From: Candidatus Bathyarchaeota archaeon | GTDB lineage: Archaea; Thermoproteota; Bathyarchaeia; Bathyarchaeales; DTEX01 | DNA: 64,000 nucleotides | Direction of reading: 5' to 3' | Assembly (NCBI GenBank): GCA_963714275.1 | Contig: CAVQNT010000006.1 | Coordinates: forward strand, 470,591 to 534,590 | Shown: positions 20,889-32,880 of the stretch, piece after piece | Position numbering within the stretch: the first letter of the stretch is position 1 | Layout: every line of letters starts with the position of its first letter | Notes under the pieces: model-generated | Seen by the model: the letters and a program-made list of their open reading frames with translations, nothing else | Told to the model about the DNA's origin: nothing | Database searches by the model: none | Made by a program: the position numbers and the translations under genes

Positions 20889-21003
20889 TAGTTTTGGCTT
20901 ATCTAGTTCTATTTGTTATTGTGCGCGTGATTGTTTATTTGGATTGATAAGAGAGAGAGTATGTATGTGAGTGAATGAGAGAACGGAAAATAAAAGTAAA
21001 TTA

Positions 21004-21034
21004 GTGTTTGGGTGATTAAATTTTAATGCACACA
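21004..21034 (-). repeat. Intergenic motif family copy (minus strand TGTGTGCATTAAAATTTAATCACCCAAACAC)
   Basis: Nearly collinear with the plus-strand copy at 39873-39919. Lies about 130 nt beyond the 16S 3-prime end. Confidence 0.6.
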
Positions 21035-21117
21035 TAAAAAAAACTGCAGAACAACAAAAAACAACAAAAAGTCACTAAAAGTGACCAATTTTAATTTCAA
21101 TACTAATTTTTTTTGGT

Positions 21118-21132
21118 GGCTTGGCGCACCCC
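21118..21132 (-). promoter_or_regulatory. 3-prime half of the pre-16S processing stem
   Basis: ggcttggcgcacccc is the perfect reverse complement of 22696-22710. A second 7-bp pairing (GGCTGAA / TTCAGCC) lies closer to the mature ends. Confidence 0.75.
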
Positions 21133-21161
21133 TTCTTTGTTCAGCCCCTTTTTGGTTTCTT

Positions 21162-22664
<1,503 letters not shown>

Positions 22665-22695
22665 TGTATGGTCGCTTTTGTAAGGCTGAATTTTT

Positions 22696-22710
22696 GGGGT
22701 GCGCCAAGCC
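22696..22710 (-). promoter_or_regulatory. 5-prime half of the pre-16S processing stem
   Basis: ggggtgcgccaagcc pairs with 21118-21132. The upstream leader (22760-22840) contains nested hairpins (gtcaactc/gagttgac, gaggc/gcctc, ccgca/tgcgg). Confidence 0.75.
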
Positions 22711-23030
22711 TATCTTGGATCTAAGTCCAATGCTCAGATCTGCATTTTTTGTTTCCGCAACTGGAGGTCAACTCTTCATTCTGAGGCTTGTTGCCTCGAT
22801 GGTCTGAGTTGACGCCGCATTCGCGTATTGCGGTTTTGAGTCTGTTCGCTCAAGTTAGCATCTATACGAACAACTTAATAAACTTTCTTTTAGGGATTTT
22901 TGCTGTGTAAATGTAGGTTTAAACGTTTTTGCTTGGTCTGTTTTGCGGCGCACCTATGTTGTTTTGGGGCGTAAACGTGAAGAAACATCTAAGTTCATGT
23001 ATATACTATTTCTGAGTTTAGTGGTTTCGT

Positions 23031-24248
23031 TTGGCGAAGGTTCAGAAAAGAAGTCTTGTGTTCCGCTCATTCAGCGCTTTTTTATTACTGTTCTTTCTAT
23101 CGGTTTTGGTCGTCGGGTCCTTTGTTCCCCCTATTGTCTACGAGCCAGCGGACGATGATTCAGCGAACAGATTCTTCACGATTGCCACCACCGTGACCTA
23201 TGAGAACAGGAACAGCCGAGGAGATGTCTGGCATTTCGCCGACGAAGACAGGGAGTTAGGCTTGTTCATGAACAACAGTTGGCAGACTGTTTACTTGCTT
23301 AACGTTTCGTTTCCTATAGCAAGGTTCGAGGCTGATCATGACGGTAACCCTACGGCTTACATTGATTTTCCTGAATCAGAAATTGGTCCACGCGAGAACT
23401 TGACTTACGAGGTTTTTTACAGGATCGTCCTTAAGCCTCGGGTTTTGCCACAGATTATTGTGAATGGTTCAGGTAGTTTAGCGGACATACCTGAAGGTTT
23501 GAAGGCTTTATATTGTTCTTCTTCGGGTTCTTGGCAGTCAGACATATCCCTGATTCGTGATTTGGCTTTCAGGATAGTGGGAAACGACACACAGGTTCTA
23601 TCAATACTGTCCGATTATATTTTGTGGATCACGCAGAACATTGAATATGGAAGCCTCGATGTTCCCCGTTTCCCTAATGAGACGTTGTTGGGACGCACAG
23701 GCGATTGTGACGACCAAGCTAACCTTTTGGTTGGGTTATGCTGCACGGTGGGAATCCCCGCTTATCTGCAGATTGGATGCATCTATTTACCGGGCAGAAC
23801 CAGTACAAGCAATTATTGGGACGGTTTGTGGACAAACACGTTAACTGACATTGGTTGGCATGGCTGGGCGGTCGTGTACGTGCCTCCTTGGGGTTGGCTG
23901 CCGGTCGACCTGACTTATTCTAGGGGGAACAATTCAGATCCCCTGAGTCACATCACCTCATCGGCGATCATAACAGATCTGACTGTGCAGTACGCGAATG
24001 TGACAGTGACTGATTATGTTTCGGACTCACGCCGTGTGAAGAACGTCGTAATTTCCGAGATGCGCAGGATCATTACAAGCGACGTCATGGTTGAGGAGGT
24101 TCAGGAAAACGAAACGTTGGAGTTTTCTGTTGGGGCGCCTTCACGGTTTAACGTCTACTTCGTAGTTTTCGTGTACGCAACGTGCGTGGTTATGCCATTT
24201 TTTGTGTTTTCCAGGTATGTTCGGGTTCGCAAAAGGGCGAATGCTTAA
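23031..24248 (+). CDS. Transglutaminase-like domain protein, membrane anchored at both ends
   Basis: N-terminal hydrophobic anchor; core GRTGDCDDQANLLVGLCCTVGIPAYL ... WHGWAVVYVPPWGWLPVDLT (Cys-His-Asp); C-terminal TM segment. Confidence 0.7.
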   Translation: MAKVQKRSLVFRSFSAFLLLFFLSVLVVGSFVPPIVYEPADDDSANRFFTIATTVTYENRNSRGDVWHFADEDRELGLFMNNSWQTVYLLNVSFPIARFEADHDGNPTAYIDFPESEIGPRENLTYEVFYRIVLKPRVLPQIIVNGSGSLADIPEGLKALYCSSSGSWQSDISLIRDLAFRIVGNDTQVLSILSDYILWITQNIEYGSLDVPRFPNETLLGRTGDCDDQANLLVGLCCTVGIPAYLQIGCIYLPGRTSTSNYWDGLWTNTLTDIGWHGWAVVYVPPWGWLPVDLTYSRGNNSDPLSHITSSAIITDLTVQYANVTVTDYVSDSRRVKNVVISEMRRIITSDVMVEEVQENETLEFSVGAPSRFNVYFVVFVYATCVVMPFFVFSRYVRVRKRANA

Positions 24249-24310
24249 TAATGGAGTCTTCGTTCATTACGTTCCGAATCTAATGGCTGTTTCGGAGCGA
24301 GTGTCTCAAG

Positions 24311-24715
24311 ATGGCAAAGTTTAAAGTTATAGTCTCAGACCCTGAGGATGGAAAGTCCAGCGTGGTTGAACTTGAGGAAAGCCGAGCTGCGCCTTTTGTG
24401 GGCAGAAAAATCGGTGAAACAGTTGATGGCACCGTGCTTGGGCTTTCGGGACACACGGTCATCATAACGGGCGGAAGCGACAAGTCTGGGTTTCCGATGA
24501 GACCTGACGTTCACGGCGGAATCAAGAAAAAAATACTGCTTGGCCGAGGAGTGGGATTTAAGCCTTCACAAAAAAGTATCAGACGCAGAAAGACGATACG
24601 TGGAAACATAATTACGGACGACATAGCCCAGATTAACGTGAGGATTGCTGAGAAACCAGCAAAGAAGCCCAAGAAGACTGAGGAAAAGTCTGAGCCAGCA
24701 AAAGAACCAGCATAG
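24311..24715 (+). CDS. rps6e: Ribosomal protein S6e (eS6)
   Basis: FKVIVSDPEDGKS...ITGGSDKSGFPMRPDVHGG...RRRKTIRGN. Confidence 0.9.
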   Translation: MAKFKVIVSDPEDGKSSVVELEESRAAPFVGRKIGETVDGTVLGLSGHTVIITGGSDKSGFPMRPDVHGGIKKKILLGRGVGFKPSQKSIRRRKTIRGNIITDDIAQINVRIAEKPAKKPKKTEEKSEPAKEPA

Positions 24716-25248
24716 ACCAAATCTAGCTGCGCGTGCTGTATGAGCATTATTCTCTATATTAAATGTGGAATGTTAGAGACTTTATATTAGCACTAATAAA
24801 TTAAAATAGTCATCGTTTCCAGTCTGGTCTGATTTGTTTTGCTTTTAAGTTTTTGTTTTGTGTGACAAACCAGAGTTTATTAAAAAACAAACCGTTTAAA
24901 AATACATTTGTCCCGTGGTTTCAGAACATTTGCTCATTGATTTGAATTGGTTTCTGGGCTGCACGGATTTTCAAAAAATAATAGTTATAAAGTCTTTGGT
25001 TCTTGTTTTCAAGGTTTTTTTAGATGTATTATTAATATATTTTTTTGCTATTTAATTGACATTCAAACCTTTTTTATAGTCTGCATACTTTCCATGAAAA
25101 GAAGGAGTGATGCCACAGATGAGTGTAAATCAAGTAAGTAGAATACCATCTATTCCTGAAAAAATCAAAGGCACATTTTCCTTCTTTAACAGTAATAATA
25201 AATGTATGTTTTCTAAAGACCGAATTTACATTTGAAAAACTCTGGAGC

Positions 25249-26214
25249 ATGGAGGAAAAAATGAAAAGAGTTATCGGCAAGATACCTTCGTTGATGCCAC
25301 CTATCGAGATAGTTCAGGTTAAGAAGGAAGATCCGCAAGCTAAGGCCTTCGCTGAGCTAGAAGCATTATTTTCTGCGGCAGCAAGCATCGATGCGATAAA
25401 AATTTTCTATGCTGCAAAAGATGGCATAAAGAGCTCCACTCAAGCCATAATAAAGCTGGACTTAACTCAGAAGAAATATTACACCAATCTCAAAAGACTC
25501 ATCGATACGGGCTTGGTAGAAAGGGATAATGGAGCATATAAGCACACAACACTAGGTAAAATAGGCTTCAAACTTACAGAAGAATTAATGATTGCCATTA
25601 ATCAAAAAGACCGCTTAGATTTGGTTGACAAGTTATCTAAGGCAAAGAACATAACATTCGAAGAAACTGAGGAAATCATGCGCGCAATCCTGAAAGATAC
25701 AAATCTGATATCAGGAGAAAGGATAACGAATCTTTTAGGACCAGTCAGAATGGCAGATACTTGGGATAAAGTCGTCAATGATGTTTTGGATTTAATAAAT
25801 AATGCTGAAAAAGAGATCTATTTTGTCACGCAATATTTGGATATGAAAGTTGTTGAATCCCTACTTAAAGCTGCTCAAAGGAATGTTAAAATGAAATTCT
25901 TGGTTGGTGAAGAAAAAAATATCACTGACGCGGTTCATTTACTTCTAAGATCATTGTTAACTGATCCAAAGTCACTAATGTCTCTTTTCGGATCTGTAAA
26001 ATCTCCTGATCTCCGCTATACGGAATTACCTTATACTTTCATAGTGGTTGACGGAAAATATTCAATGGTTGAGGTTCCCAAGCCGCATACCAAATCTTTT
26101 TCACTTGCCTTCTTCTTCCACAACGAAAAGCTCTCAGAAAGGCTCAAGGAATCCTTTAAAGCCCTCTGGGAAAATGCTTCAGAAATATTGATTCTAGAAA
26201 AATTCCCAAAATAG
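25249..26214 (+). CDS. Winged-helix transcriptional regulator, TrmB-like architecture
   Basis: N-terminal wHTH (KKYYTNLKRLIDTGLVERDNGAYKHTTLGK). The C-terminal domain with IYFVTQYLD...FIVVDGKYSMVEV resembles the TrmB C-terminal domain. Assignment is tentative. Confidence 0.45.
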   Translation: MEEKMKRVIGKIPSLMPPIEIVQVKKEDPQAKAFAELEALFSAAASIDAIKIFYAAKDGIKSSTQAIIKLDLTQKKYYTNLKRLIDTGLVERDNGAYKHTTLGKIGFKLTEELMIAINQKDRLDLVDKLSKAKNITFEETEEIMRAILKDTNLISGERITNLLGPVRMADTWDKVVNDVLDLINNAEKEIYFVTQYLDMKVVESLLKAAQRNVKMKFLVGEEKNITDAVHLLLRSLLTDPKSLMSLFGSVKSPDLRYTELPYTFIVVDGKYSMVEVPKPHTKSFSLAFFFHNEKLSERLKESFKALWENASEILILEKFPK

Positions 26215-26593
26215 GTTTCTTATCTCTAATTATAATGTAAGGGGTAGAGATATTAGAATAAGAGCTATTTGTGAAGTCACAAATAGGCTAAACATTGACT
26301 TACATGCTTTCTCATATAGTTTTTCTTCAAAGCTGTTTAGTAGCGGAAAAAGAAACGCGGCGCAATGGTTAAGAGTATTTTTAAGTCTTCTCCAAGGCCT
26401 ACATCCTACCATGGTCGATCCTATTCTTCCTCTATTGACCTCCACTATTTCATGCATCAATACGGATTTTTCTCAGGACTAAAAAGTTGGTTGAGCATCT
26501 TCTGAGCCAACATATTCTTACCAGACTAGTAGAAAGCATTCCCGAAATGAGCTATTATATTTTTTTCTCATACCTTAGAATCCGATAAATGAA

Positions 26594-28021
26594 TCATAAA
26601 ACCCATATTCTAATTCCCAAATTACTGTTAAGCTTTCCCATTTGAGGCGGCAAAACCTCGTCCGCTTTTTTTGTTCTACAAGATATTTTTACCATGAAGG
26701 TGGTTCCCTCCCCAACAACACTTTCAACAGTTATGCTGCCATTTAAAGCCTCCACCAACCGCTTACACACAGCCAACCCAAGCCCTTGGCCCTTAGCCTT
26801 CGTGGTGAACAAAGGCTGGAACATCTTATTTAAGTTCTCCTCAGGAATTCCCACACCCGTATCTTTAAACCTGAAAAACACCTCCTCAGATGTTCCAGAA
26901 ACCTTTATCGACAAACGACCACCATCAGGCATAGCCTGCACGGCGTTCAGAATCAAATTCGTGAAGACCCGCTTCAACAAATAAGAATCAGCCAAAAATA
27001 CGGTAGCGTTTTCCTCAACATCAATAGAAACTTTGATTGTCTCAGGAACCTTTATCGCTAACAAGGTTTCATTAAGCAACCTCTTCGATTCAACCTCAAC
27101 AAACTCAGGCTTCACCGGCCTAGCATAATCCTGCAAGTCTGAAACAATCTTATTCATGTATTCAACCTGCTCCTCAATAACATCAAGCGATTCCTCAAGT
27201 TCCCCCTTCGATAAAGACCCCAGCTGCATCCTAGCAAGGTAAAGAACATTTACAATAGCCTGCAACGGATTACGAAGATCATGACCCACCATAGCAGCTG
27301 CCTCCCCAATAGCAGCAAGCCTCTGAGACTTCAAGAGGTTTTCTTGTACCTCTTTCAGTTCTCTAGTTTTCTCATCAATCAACTCTTCCAAGTAATCTGA
27401 GTATAACTCATAAATCTGGGTTTTAGGCACCTTTGTCGCTAATGTTCCTAGCAATCTCGGGTAAACCCCGAGAGAAATAGCAACATCTTTATTCAGTAAT
27501 AGGACTAACCTCAGTTTATTCAGTATCTCATCAATTTCGTTCTTTGAATCTGTCTGTAGCCAGTCATAAACGGAACTTAAGAAATTGTTGATTGTCTCGA
27601 TGACTAACTGCATTCGTTGGTCTGAATATATCCTTTGAATCTGCTCTTTGAATTCCTTGAGCGACACCTCACCATATCCAGTAATTTTTATCGCATTAAT
27701 TAAACTAGTTCTGCCAGGAATTTCCATGTTTTGAATCATGCCTGCAATTGGCAACAATATTCTTTTATAGATTCTCAGGCAAGCATCAATTTCGTCCAAA
27801 TCATCCAAACTTTCGTCGCGATCAATACTTTCAAGAAATCTCCCTTGAGAGACACCGTATACAAGGTCAGTTTTTTTCAAGATATCCAGGTTATATTGTA
27901 TTAAATCGTACGACTTCCACCTAAGCCTATAATCCGCTGCATTGAGAACTCGTAAATAATAGTCAGTTACCTCGTCAGGGGTTTGATATTTCTCGAAATA
28001 CGCCAAATTTTTATTAATCAA
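26594..28021 (-). CDS. Sensor histidine kinase (HisKA + HATPase_c)
   Basis: H-box HDLRNPLQAI, N-box LILNAVQAMPDGG, DTGVGIP, GQGLGLAV. The frame stays open upstream to about 28170 and overlaps the end of the 7TM ORF. Confidence 0.9.
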   Translation of the reverse strand: MINKNLAYFEKYQTPDEVTDYYLRVLNAADYRLRWKSYDLIQYNLDILKKTDLVYGVSQGRFLESIDRDESLDDLDEIDACLRIYKRILLPIAGMIQNMEIPGRTSLINAIKITGYGEVSLKEFKEQIQRIYSDQRMQLVIETINNFLSSVYDWLQTDSKNEIDEILNKLRLVLLLNKDVAISLGVYPRLLGTLATKVPKTQIYELYSDYLEELIDEKTRELKEVQENLLKSQRLAAIGEAAAMVGHDLRNPLQAIVNVLYLARMQLGSLSKGELEESLDVIEEQVEYMNKIVSDLQDYARPVKPEFVEVESKRLLNETLLAIKVPETIKVSIDVEENATVFLADSYLLKRVFTNLILNAVQAMPDGGRLSIKVSGTSEEVFFRFKDTGVGIPEENLNKMFQPLFTTKAKGQGLGLAVCKRLVEALNGSITVESVVGEGTTFMVKISCRTKKADEVLPPQMGKLNSNLGIRIWVL

Positions 28022-28133
28022 ATTAATTATATCAAACTTCTCAGGCTCTGTAAACGTAACACCTCCTTTATTAAAGGAAACATAGCCATCAATCTTTGAG
28101 TTTATTAAGAAATCCTTGAACTCGTGGAATTCT

Positions 28134-28934
28134 TCACCAAGATAGCCTACTGGCAGTATATTGATAATAGACTTTTAAAAATGACGAATAGATTTCAGAG
28201 AAATCCACTAGTTTCTCAACTGATGTGGAAGGCATCTTTTCTTTTAAAGACAGTGCGTACCAAATTGTCAAAAATGCTAGGAACTGCATTATTCCTCCCA
28301 TTTGGAAAATCGGATCTAGGGAGCCTGTTGCTTGTAACGCGTTTACTACGGTCGTTCCAAGAATCTGGAAAGATATAAAACTTCCAAGAAGAATAGTGTA
28401 CTTTCTTCTGAGTAATTGAGCCCGTGTATTTCTGATTAGAATAAGTAAAGCTAAAACGACCCCGAACAGATATGACACAAAGATGACGCCGACAAAAATC
28501 AAAATGGGTTGAAAGCTATTAACTTTATATACCCAACCAAGTTCGTTCTGAAAGAATTCATAACTCATTATATAACTGTCTTGAAATATTAAGATGCTTT
28601 GCACTATCGCAGGTAGTAAAATAATCAGAAGAAATCTGAAATCTCTTCTCTCACGAATATTAAAAACAGTGAAGAGGAAAATGGGATAGCACAGATGGCT
28701 ACTTAATATCATTATTCTAAAGAACGTCATGGCTGCCGATACATCAGGTGCTGTCCTATAAAGAAAGGTGGTGCATTCCCAAACTGTGACTATCAAACCG
28801 AATATCAACAAACACTTCGAAGCTAGAGTCCTAGGTCCCTTAACCAAAACGTATATCGAAACAAGAAGTGAGAGAGCTCCACCTATCAAATATTGGATTT
28901 CATTCATACTTAGTAACTCTTCCAATGTTTTCAT
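28134..28934 (-). CDS. 7-TM membrane protein, probable sensor module of the downstream kinase
   Basis: About seven hydrophobic helices. It ends 36 nt inside the open upstream extension of the kinase frame, so a single indel would fuse the two. Confidence 0.55.
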   Translation of the reverse strand: MKTLEELLSMNEIQYLIGGALSLLVSIYVLVKGPRTLASKCLLIFGLIVTVWECTTFLYRTAPDVSAAMTFFRIMILSSHLCYPIFLFTVFNIRERRDFRFLLIILLPAIVQSILIFQDSYIMSYEFFQNELGWVYKVNSFQPILIFVGVIFVSYLFGVVLALLILIRNTRAQLLRRKYTILLGSFISFQILGTTVVNALQATGSLDPIFQMGGIMQFLAFLTIWYALSLKEKMPSTSVEKLVDFSEIYSSFLKVYYQYTASRLSW

Positions 28935-29070
28935 GTAGTCAAGGCTTTATTGAAATTATGAACCCTTAGTAAATATCATAAAACTGTAAGCTAAAACTTA
29001 ATAGCCTATGATACTGTTAAATATCATCTAGCTAAGTGTAGATATTGCGTTAGCTAGTATCAGTGAATTC

Positions 29071-30705
29071 TTGATGAAGAACGTAAATCTCTGGGATAAA
29101 TACTGCCGATTTTATGAGAAGGACTTTACAGAACAATTAGAGTTTAACAGGAATCGACTGAAATCATACTTCTCAGCTTGGAAGAAGACCGACCTTGTAA
29201 AAGAACTTTGCCAAACTATCCCAGAACGGCACAAAGATGTTCCCATTACAACATATTCAAGCTACCCTATGTTAAGCGAATTCGGCAGAAAAATAACACA
29301 AACATCAGAAACAAGCCCCAGAAAACAAGGCGAATTATTCAAAACATATTATGATCACGTCAGTCGCGAAATTGGTTCTTCACTTAACCATTTCATGGTT
29401 GAGCCTTACTATATGTGCGCAAAAACCACAGGCACCACAGGTCAATATAAATGGATCGTTTATGGCGAAACTTTCTGGAAAAACTTTCAACAAGCGTCCA
29501 TCGCAACTGCAGTAATTGCCTGTAGCGAAAGCTGGGGAGAAACCAGCCTCAATCATGGAGACAAATCTCTAAATCTAAATGCTGCCGTACCATTGATCTC
29601 AGGCTGGGGAGCTTGGGCGACCAAAGATATATTGAGTTTAGTCCCTCCCATCGAAATAGCGGATAATCTTCGAGACATGAAGGAAAAATTTAGTCTCATA
29701 CTCAAGCTAATACAGAAAGGCGAAAAAATATTAGTAGCAGGCGGGATTGGCTCAATCTTCTTTATGATATGCAAATATTTCCAGAAGCCCGAAGATTTCT
29801 ACAGGGAGTACTACAAATCAATGAACATGGACCTGAAAAAACTTCTCCTATATCTAAAAATCCTATCAATCAAACTAGGTCAAAAAAAGAAAATAAGAAT
29901 AACCGAGGTCATGCCACTCAAAGGAGTCCTTGTCGCAGGAGTAGAAGGACGACTTTATCTAGACTTTTTCAGAGAAGAGTTTAACCTAAGCCCACTTCAC
30001 ATTTATGGATCAACAGAAGCCGGACCACTAATGAGAGGAGACCCAGATAGAAAAGAAGACCTAGTTCCCGAACTTAAAACCAGCTACTTGGAATTCCTAA
30101 CAGAGGATGGAGAAATCAGAGAACTAGACGAAGTCAAAAAGGGAGAAGTATACGAACTGGTTGTAACCCCCTTTGGCTCGTTAATTTACCGCTACAACAT
30201 GGAAGACCTTTTAAGAGTCATAGATTTCAGGGATGACGGTATGCCAATATTTACTTTTGAAAGCAGAAAGAAAACCATACTAGAGCTGTATAGCCGTTAC
30301 AGAATAACTCCAAACATCATTGTACAAGCCCTTTCCAAGGCAGGCTTAAGAGCATCTGACAAATGGGCAGTTGCTAAGCCCTTAAAGCCTAAAGAACATC
30401 TTCATTTTCTAATGGAAAAGGAATGGCCGTACTCTGAAGTTGAAGCAGAGAAAATCATCTTTAATTACCTTCAAGAAACATATCGCACAATTCCGCATGG
30501 CGGAGATGTCCTCACTGACTATATAGCCCATTATAAAATTAAGAATCCTTCAGAAGTAGTTAAAGTGGAATATTTAAAACCCGGCGCTTTTACTAGATAC
30601 TCAATGAAGAAAGCAAAAGAAGGGGCTCCAATGGGTCAATATAAACCGCCACAAATCATTACAGCTGACAAGATGGATGTTTTCGATACCTTAAGGAAAA
30701 TATAG
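29071..30705 (+). CDS. GH3-family (auxin-responsive GH3-like) adenylate-forming enzyme
   Basis: KTTGTTGQYKWI, HIYGSTEAGPL, VYELVVTPFGSLIYRYNMEDLLRVIDFRDDGMPIFTFESRKK. Confidence 0.65.
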   Translation: MMKNVNLWDKYCRFYEKDFTEQLEFNRNRLKSYFSAWKKTDLVKELCQTIPERHKDVPITTYSSYPMLSEFGRKITQTSETSPRKQGELFKTYYDHVSREIGSSLNHFMVEPYYMCAKTTGTTGQYKWIVYGETFWKNFQQASIATAVIACSESWGETSLNHGDKSLNLNAAVPLISGWGAWATKDILSLVPPIEIADNLRDMKEKFSLILKLIQKGEKILVAGGIGSIFFMICKYFQKPEDFYREYYKSMNMDLKKLLLYLKILSIKLGQKKKIRITEVMPLKGVLVAGVEGRLYLDFFREEFNLSPLHIYGSTEAGPLMRGDPDRKEDLVPELKTSYLEFLTEDGEIRELDEVKKGEVYELVVTPFGSLIYRYNMEDLLRVIDFRDDGMPIFTFESRKKTILELYSRYRITPNIIVQALSKAGLRASDKWAVAKPLKPKEHLHFLMEKEWPYSEVEAEKIIFNYLQETYRTIPHGGDVLTDYIAHYKIKNPSEVVKVEYLKPGAFTRYSMKKAKEGAPMGQYKPPQIITADKMDVFDTLRKI

Positions 30706-30714
30706 CCCGTGTCT

Positions 30715-31101
30715 CTAAAATTGGGACCACGAAAGACTGAGTATCTTGCCCGCTATTTCAAAAGACACCTTGTTGGCAGCAATACCTAGGCAGATTAAGA
30801 CAGCAAAACCGTACAATGGAACGTAGATCAAATTTAGGCTCGAAGACCACATAATAAAGGCGAATGACTCAAGTAGAACCCTGAATAAATAGACCCCAGA
30901 CAATATTAAATACAGAACGTAGTTGTCCCTCGCCACTATAAGGATAGGCAATACTAAAAATATGGCAACCGAGACTAAATTCAATGCCCAGAAGCCGAGA
31001 GGGTCTGGAAAAACAGGCTCATTAACGCCTAATATACCCAAAACAGCAACAATGTTAGCGAAAGCAAGCAACACCAAATACGTTTTCATCTGTCGCCCCA
31101 A
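30715..31101 (-). CDS. Small 4-TM membrane protein
   Basis: Hydrophobic ORF; last gene of the receiver-led minus-strand operon. Confidence 0.5.
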   Translation of the reverse strand: MGRQMKTYLVLLAFANIVAVLGILGVNEPVFPDPLGFWALNLVSVAIFLVLPILIVARDNYVLYLILSGVYLFRVLLESFAFIMWSSSLNLIYVPLYGFAVLICLGIAANKVSFEIAGKILSLSWSQF

Positions 31102-31107
31102 TTGACA

Positions 31108-31416
31108 CTAGATTCCAACCTCCTTTCTTAAAAGCCGCAGGTAGTCTGCGAATGCGTAATCCTTTCTCCACTTCAGTTCCGCATTTAACCTGGAAAATAG
31201 ATTTTCAAGAATCAAGTCCTCAACAATTGTCGCTCCATTTCCTAGAATTTTGTGTAGAGAATCGGAAAAACACTGGACCCGAGTATCTAATTTCCCTTTA
31301 TCATTTTCACCTATAAACTGAAGAAGAGTCAAAGCTGTACGATTATCAAAAACATTTTCCAATACTTCCCTTATTGTCTTTACTAGAATATCATCGAAAT
31401 TGATTGTTTTTTGCAT
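31108..31416 (-). CDS. Hypothetical protein (102 aa)
   Basis: ATG at 31416 overlaps the receiver gene stop (TAATG). No family recognised. Confidence 0.5.
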   Translation of the reverse strand: MQKTINFDDILVKTIREVLENVFDNRTALTLLQFIGENDKGKLDTRVQCFSDSLHKILGNGATIVEDLILENLFSRLNAELKWRKDYAFADYLRLLRKEVGI

Positions 31417-31907
31417 TATGCTTCGCCGGTCTTCAGCTTCATCACACGGTTTTCTATCCAATTCCTTACTTTCTCTTCACTCATCTTCTCTACTTCTTCT
31501 TGTTCACCTAGTTTTTCTTTTACCTCCTTCAACAACATTTTCGGGTTAACGGGTTTCATTAGGTACGCGTCTGCGCCCAAGTTCAGAGATTGCACAGCAT
31601 TATCGAGCTCTGGGTAACCCGTCACCATAATCTTCATCATTTTAGGCTCAGTCTGATGAATCTTTGAAAGCAGTTTCGTCCCATCCATGTCTGGAAGCTT
31701 AATATCCAGCAGAACAAGATTGTAGAAGTTAGCCTGAAATTTCTTTATGGCTTCTTGACCAGTCCCCGCTGTGTCAACACGATAACCCTCCATATTCAGT
31801 ACACCCTCAAGACTCTTGAGGATAACTTGATCATCATCAACAATAAGAATGCTTTTTCCTTTCATTTTACAGCTCACGTCTTGTAGGCTTTTAATCAAGA
31901 CATGCAA
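31416..31907 (-). CDS. Response regulator, receiver domain only (CheY-like)
   Basis: ILIVDDDQ...LVLLDIKLPDMDG...MVTGY...GADAYLMKP. The likely start is the ATG at 31865. Confidence 0.9.
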   Translation of the reverse strand: MHVLIKSLQDVSCKMKGKSILIVDDDQVILKSLEGVLNMEGYRVDTAGTGQEAIKKFQANFYNLVLLDIKLPDMDGTKLLSKIHQTEPKMMKIMVTGYPELDNAVQSLNLGADAYLMKPVNPKMLLKEVKEKLGEQEEVEKMSEEKVRNWIENRVMKLKTGEA

Positions 31908-32457
31908 ATCTATTTTATATATGAATTATGAATCTAGGATACAGTTTTTAAAAGACAAAAAAAGCTGCTAGATCTGACCATAGAAGAACCTTTTGTAACT
32001 CCAACAATAACGGATTTCGTAGGAATCAGTATACCAGCTTTCTCATTACCAAAAAAACTTAATATAATTTAGAATCTTATTTGCTCTAGAATTCTTTTTC
32101 TTAGATGGAGATGCAAATGTTATTTTCATTTAGGTGTTGCTCTTCATTACATTCAAGACAGATGAATGTTGCGTCCAAGATTAAAAGAAAAACATACTGA
32201 TTGAGAAGTGGTAATAGAGTCAACATGCCAATTCATGGATGATTCAATATTGGATGAAAAAAATAAAGGATATTCCCCTTCCCATAAAAGCAGAAACTGC
32301 TTATTTATCTTTATTAAACAAAATTAGGACAGTAACTTTTCATGGAACAATCGGAAAGGTTCTTGCTATACCTCTCTCAGACCATCCATCTATTTGGAGT
32401 GCTCCAATCCTTGATTTTTACTTCACTAGACATCATCGAATTGCTGTTTAGACATAA

Positions 32458-32796
32458 CTAGATAACCAGTCCTGAGTATAGTCCTAGGATTACGAGTATG
32501 TTGTTTATTGTACCTATGTATGATGCAATTGCAAGCCCATTGATACCAAGTGTCCAAGGCTTTTTTCTCGGTAATGTCAATGTGAGTATAGTTATAGCTG
32601 TCCAGAAGATTAATAATGCAAAAACTGGGCTGTATTGCATTTGAGTTTCGTAAAGACCCGTATAAAAGTTCAGACCTATTGTCGTAGTTGTATAGTCAGA
32701 TATGATGCCTCCTAGTGCCAGAAAGAAGGGCAGCATCCAAGATTTCAGTATCACGCTTGTTTTCACCAAAAGTCGTTTATAAATATGTATTTTCAA
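32458..32796 (-). CDS. Small membrane protein (3-4 TM)
   Basis: Hydrophobic ORF preceded by the shared motif at 32838-32880. Confidence 0.45.
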   Translation of the reverse strand: MKIHIYKRLLVKTSVILKSWMLPFFLALGGIISDYTTTTIGLNFYTGLYETQMQYSPVFALLIFWTAITILTLTLPRKKPWTLGINGLAIASYIGTINNILVILGLYSGLVI

Positions 32797-32837
32797 TATA
32801 TATTTGTGAAATATAAAATTAACTAACTTAAAAAAGG

Positions 32838-32880
32838 TGCGAAAGCATCTTAAGAAGGGAAAATCTATAACTCACATTAG
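32838..32880 (-). promoter_or_regulatory. Shared upstream motif, copy 1 (about 80% identical to 35012-35054)
   Basis: tgcgaaagcNNNttaagaaNNNaaaatctataaNtcac is present 40-85 nt upstream of two minus-strand genes. It contains TATA-like TTATAGATTTT on the minus strand. Confidence 0.45.

Noticed and set aside
20890-21160. tRNA or 23S rRNA start downstream of the 16S gene
   Set aside because: No cloverleaf-compatible sequence or conserved 23S 5-prime block was recognised by eye. Only a small hairpin (gtcac-taaaa-gtgac at 21071-21085) and the intergenic motif copy are present. A covariance-model scan is still advisable.
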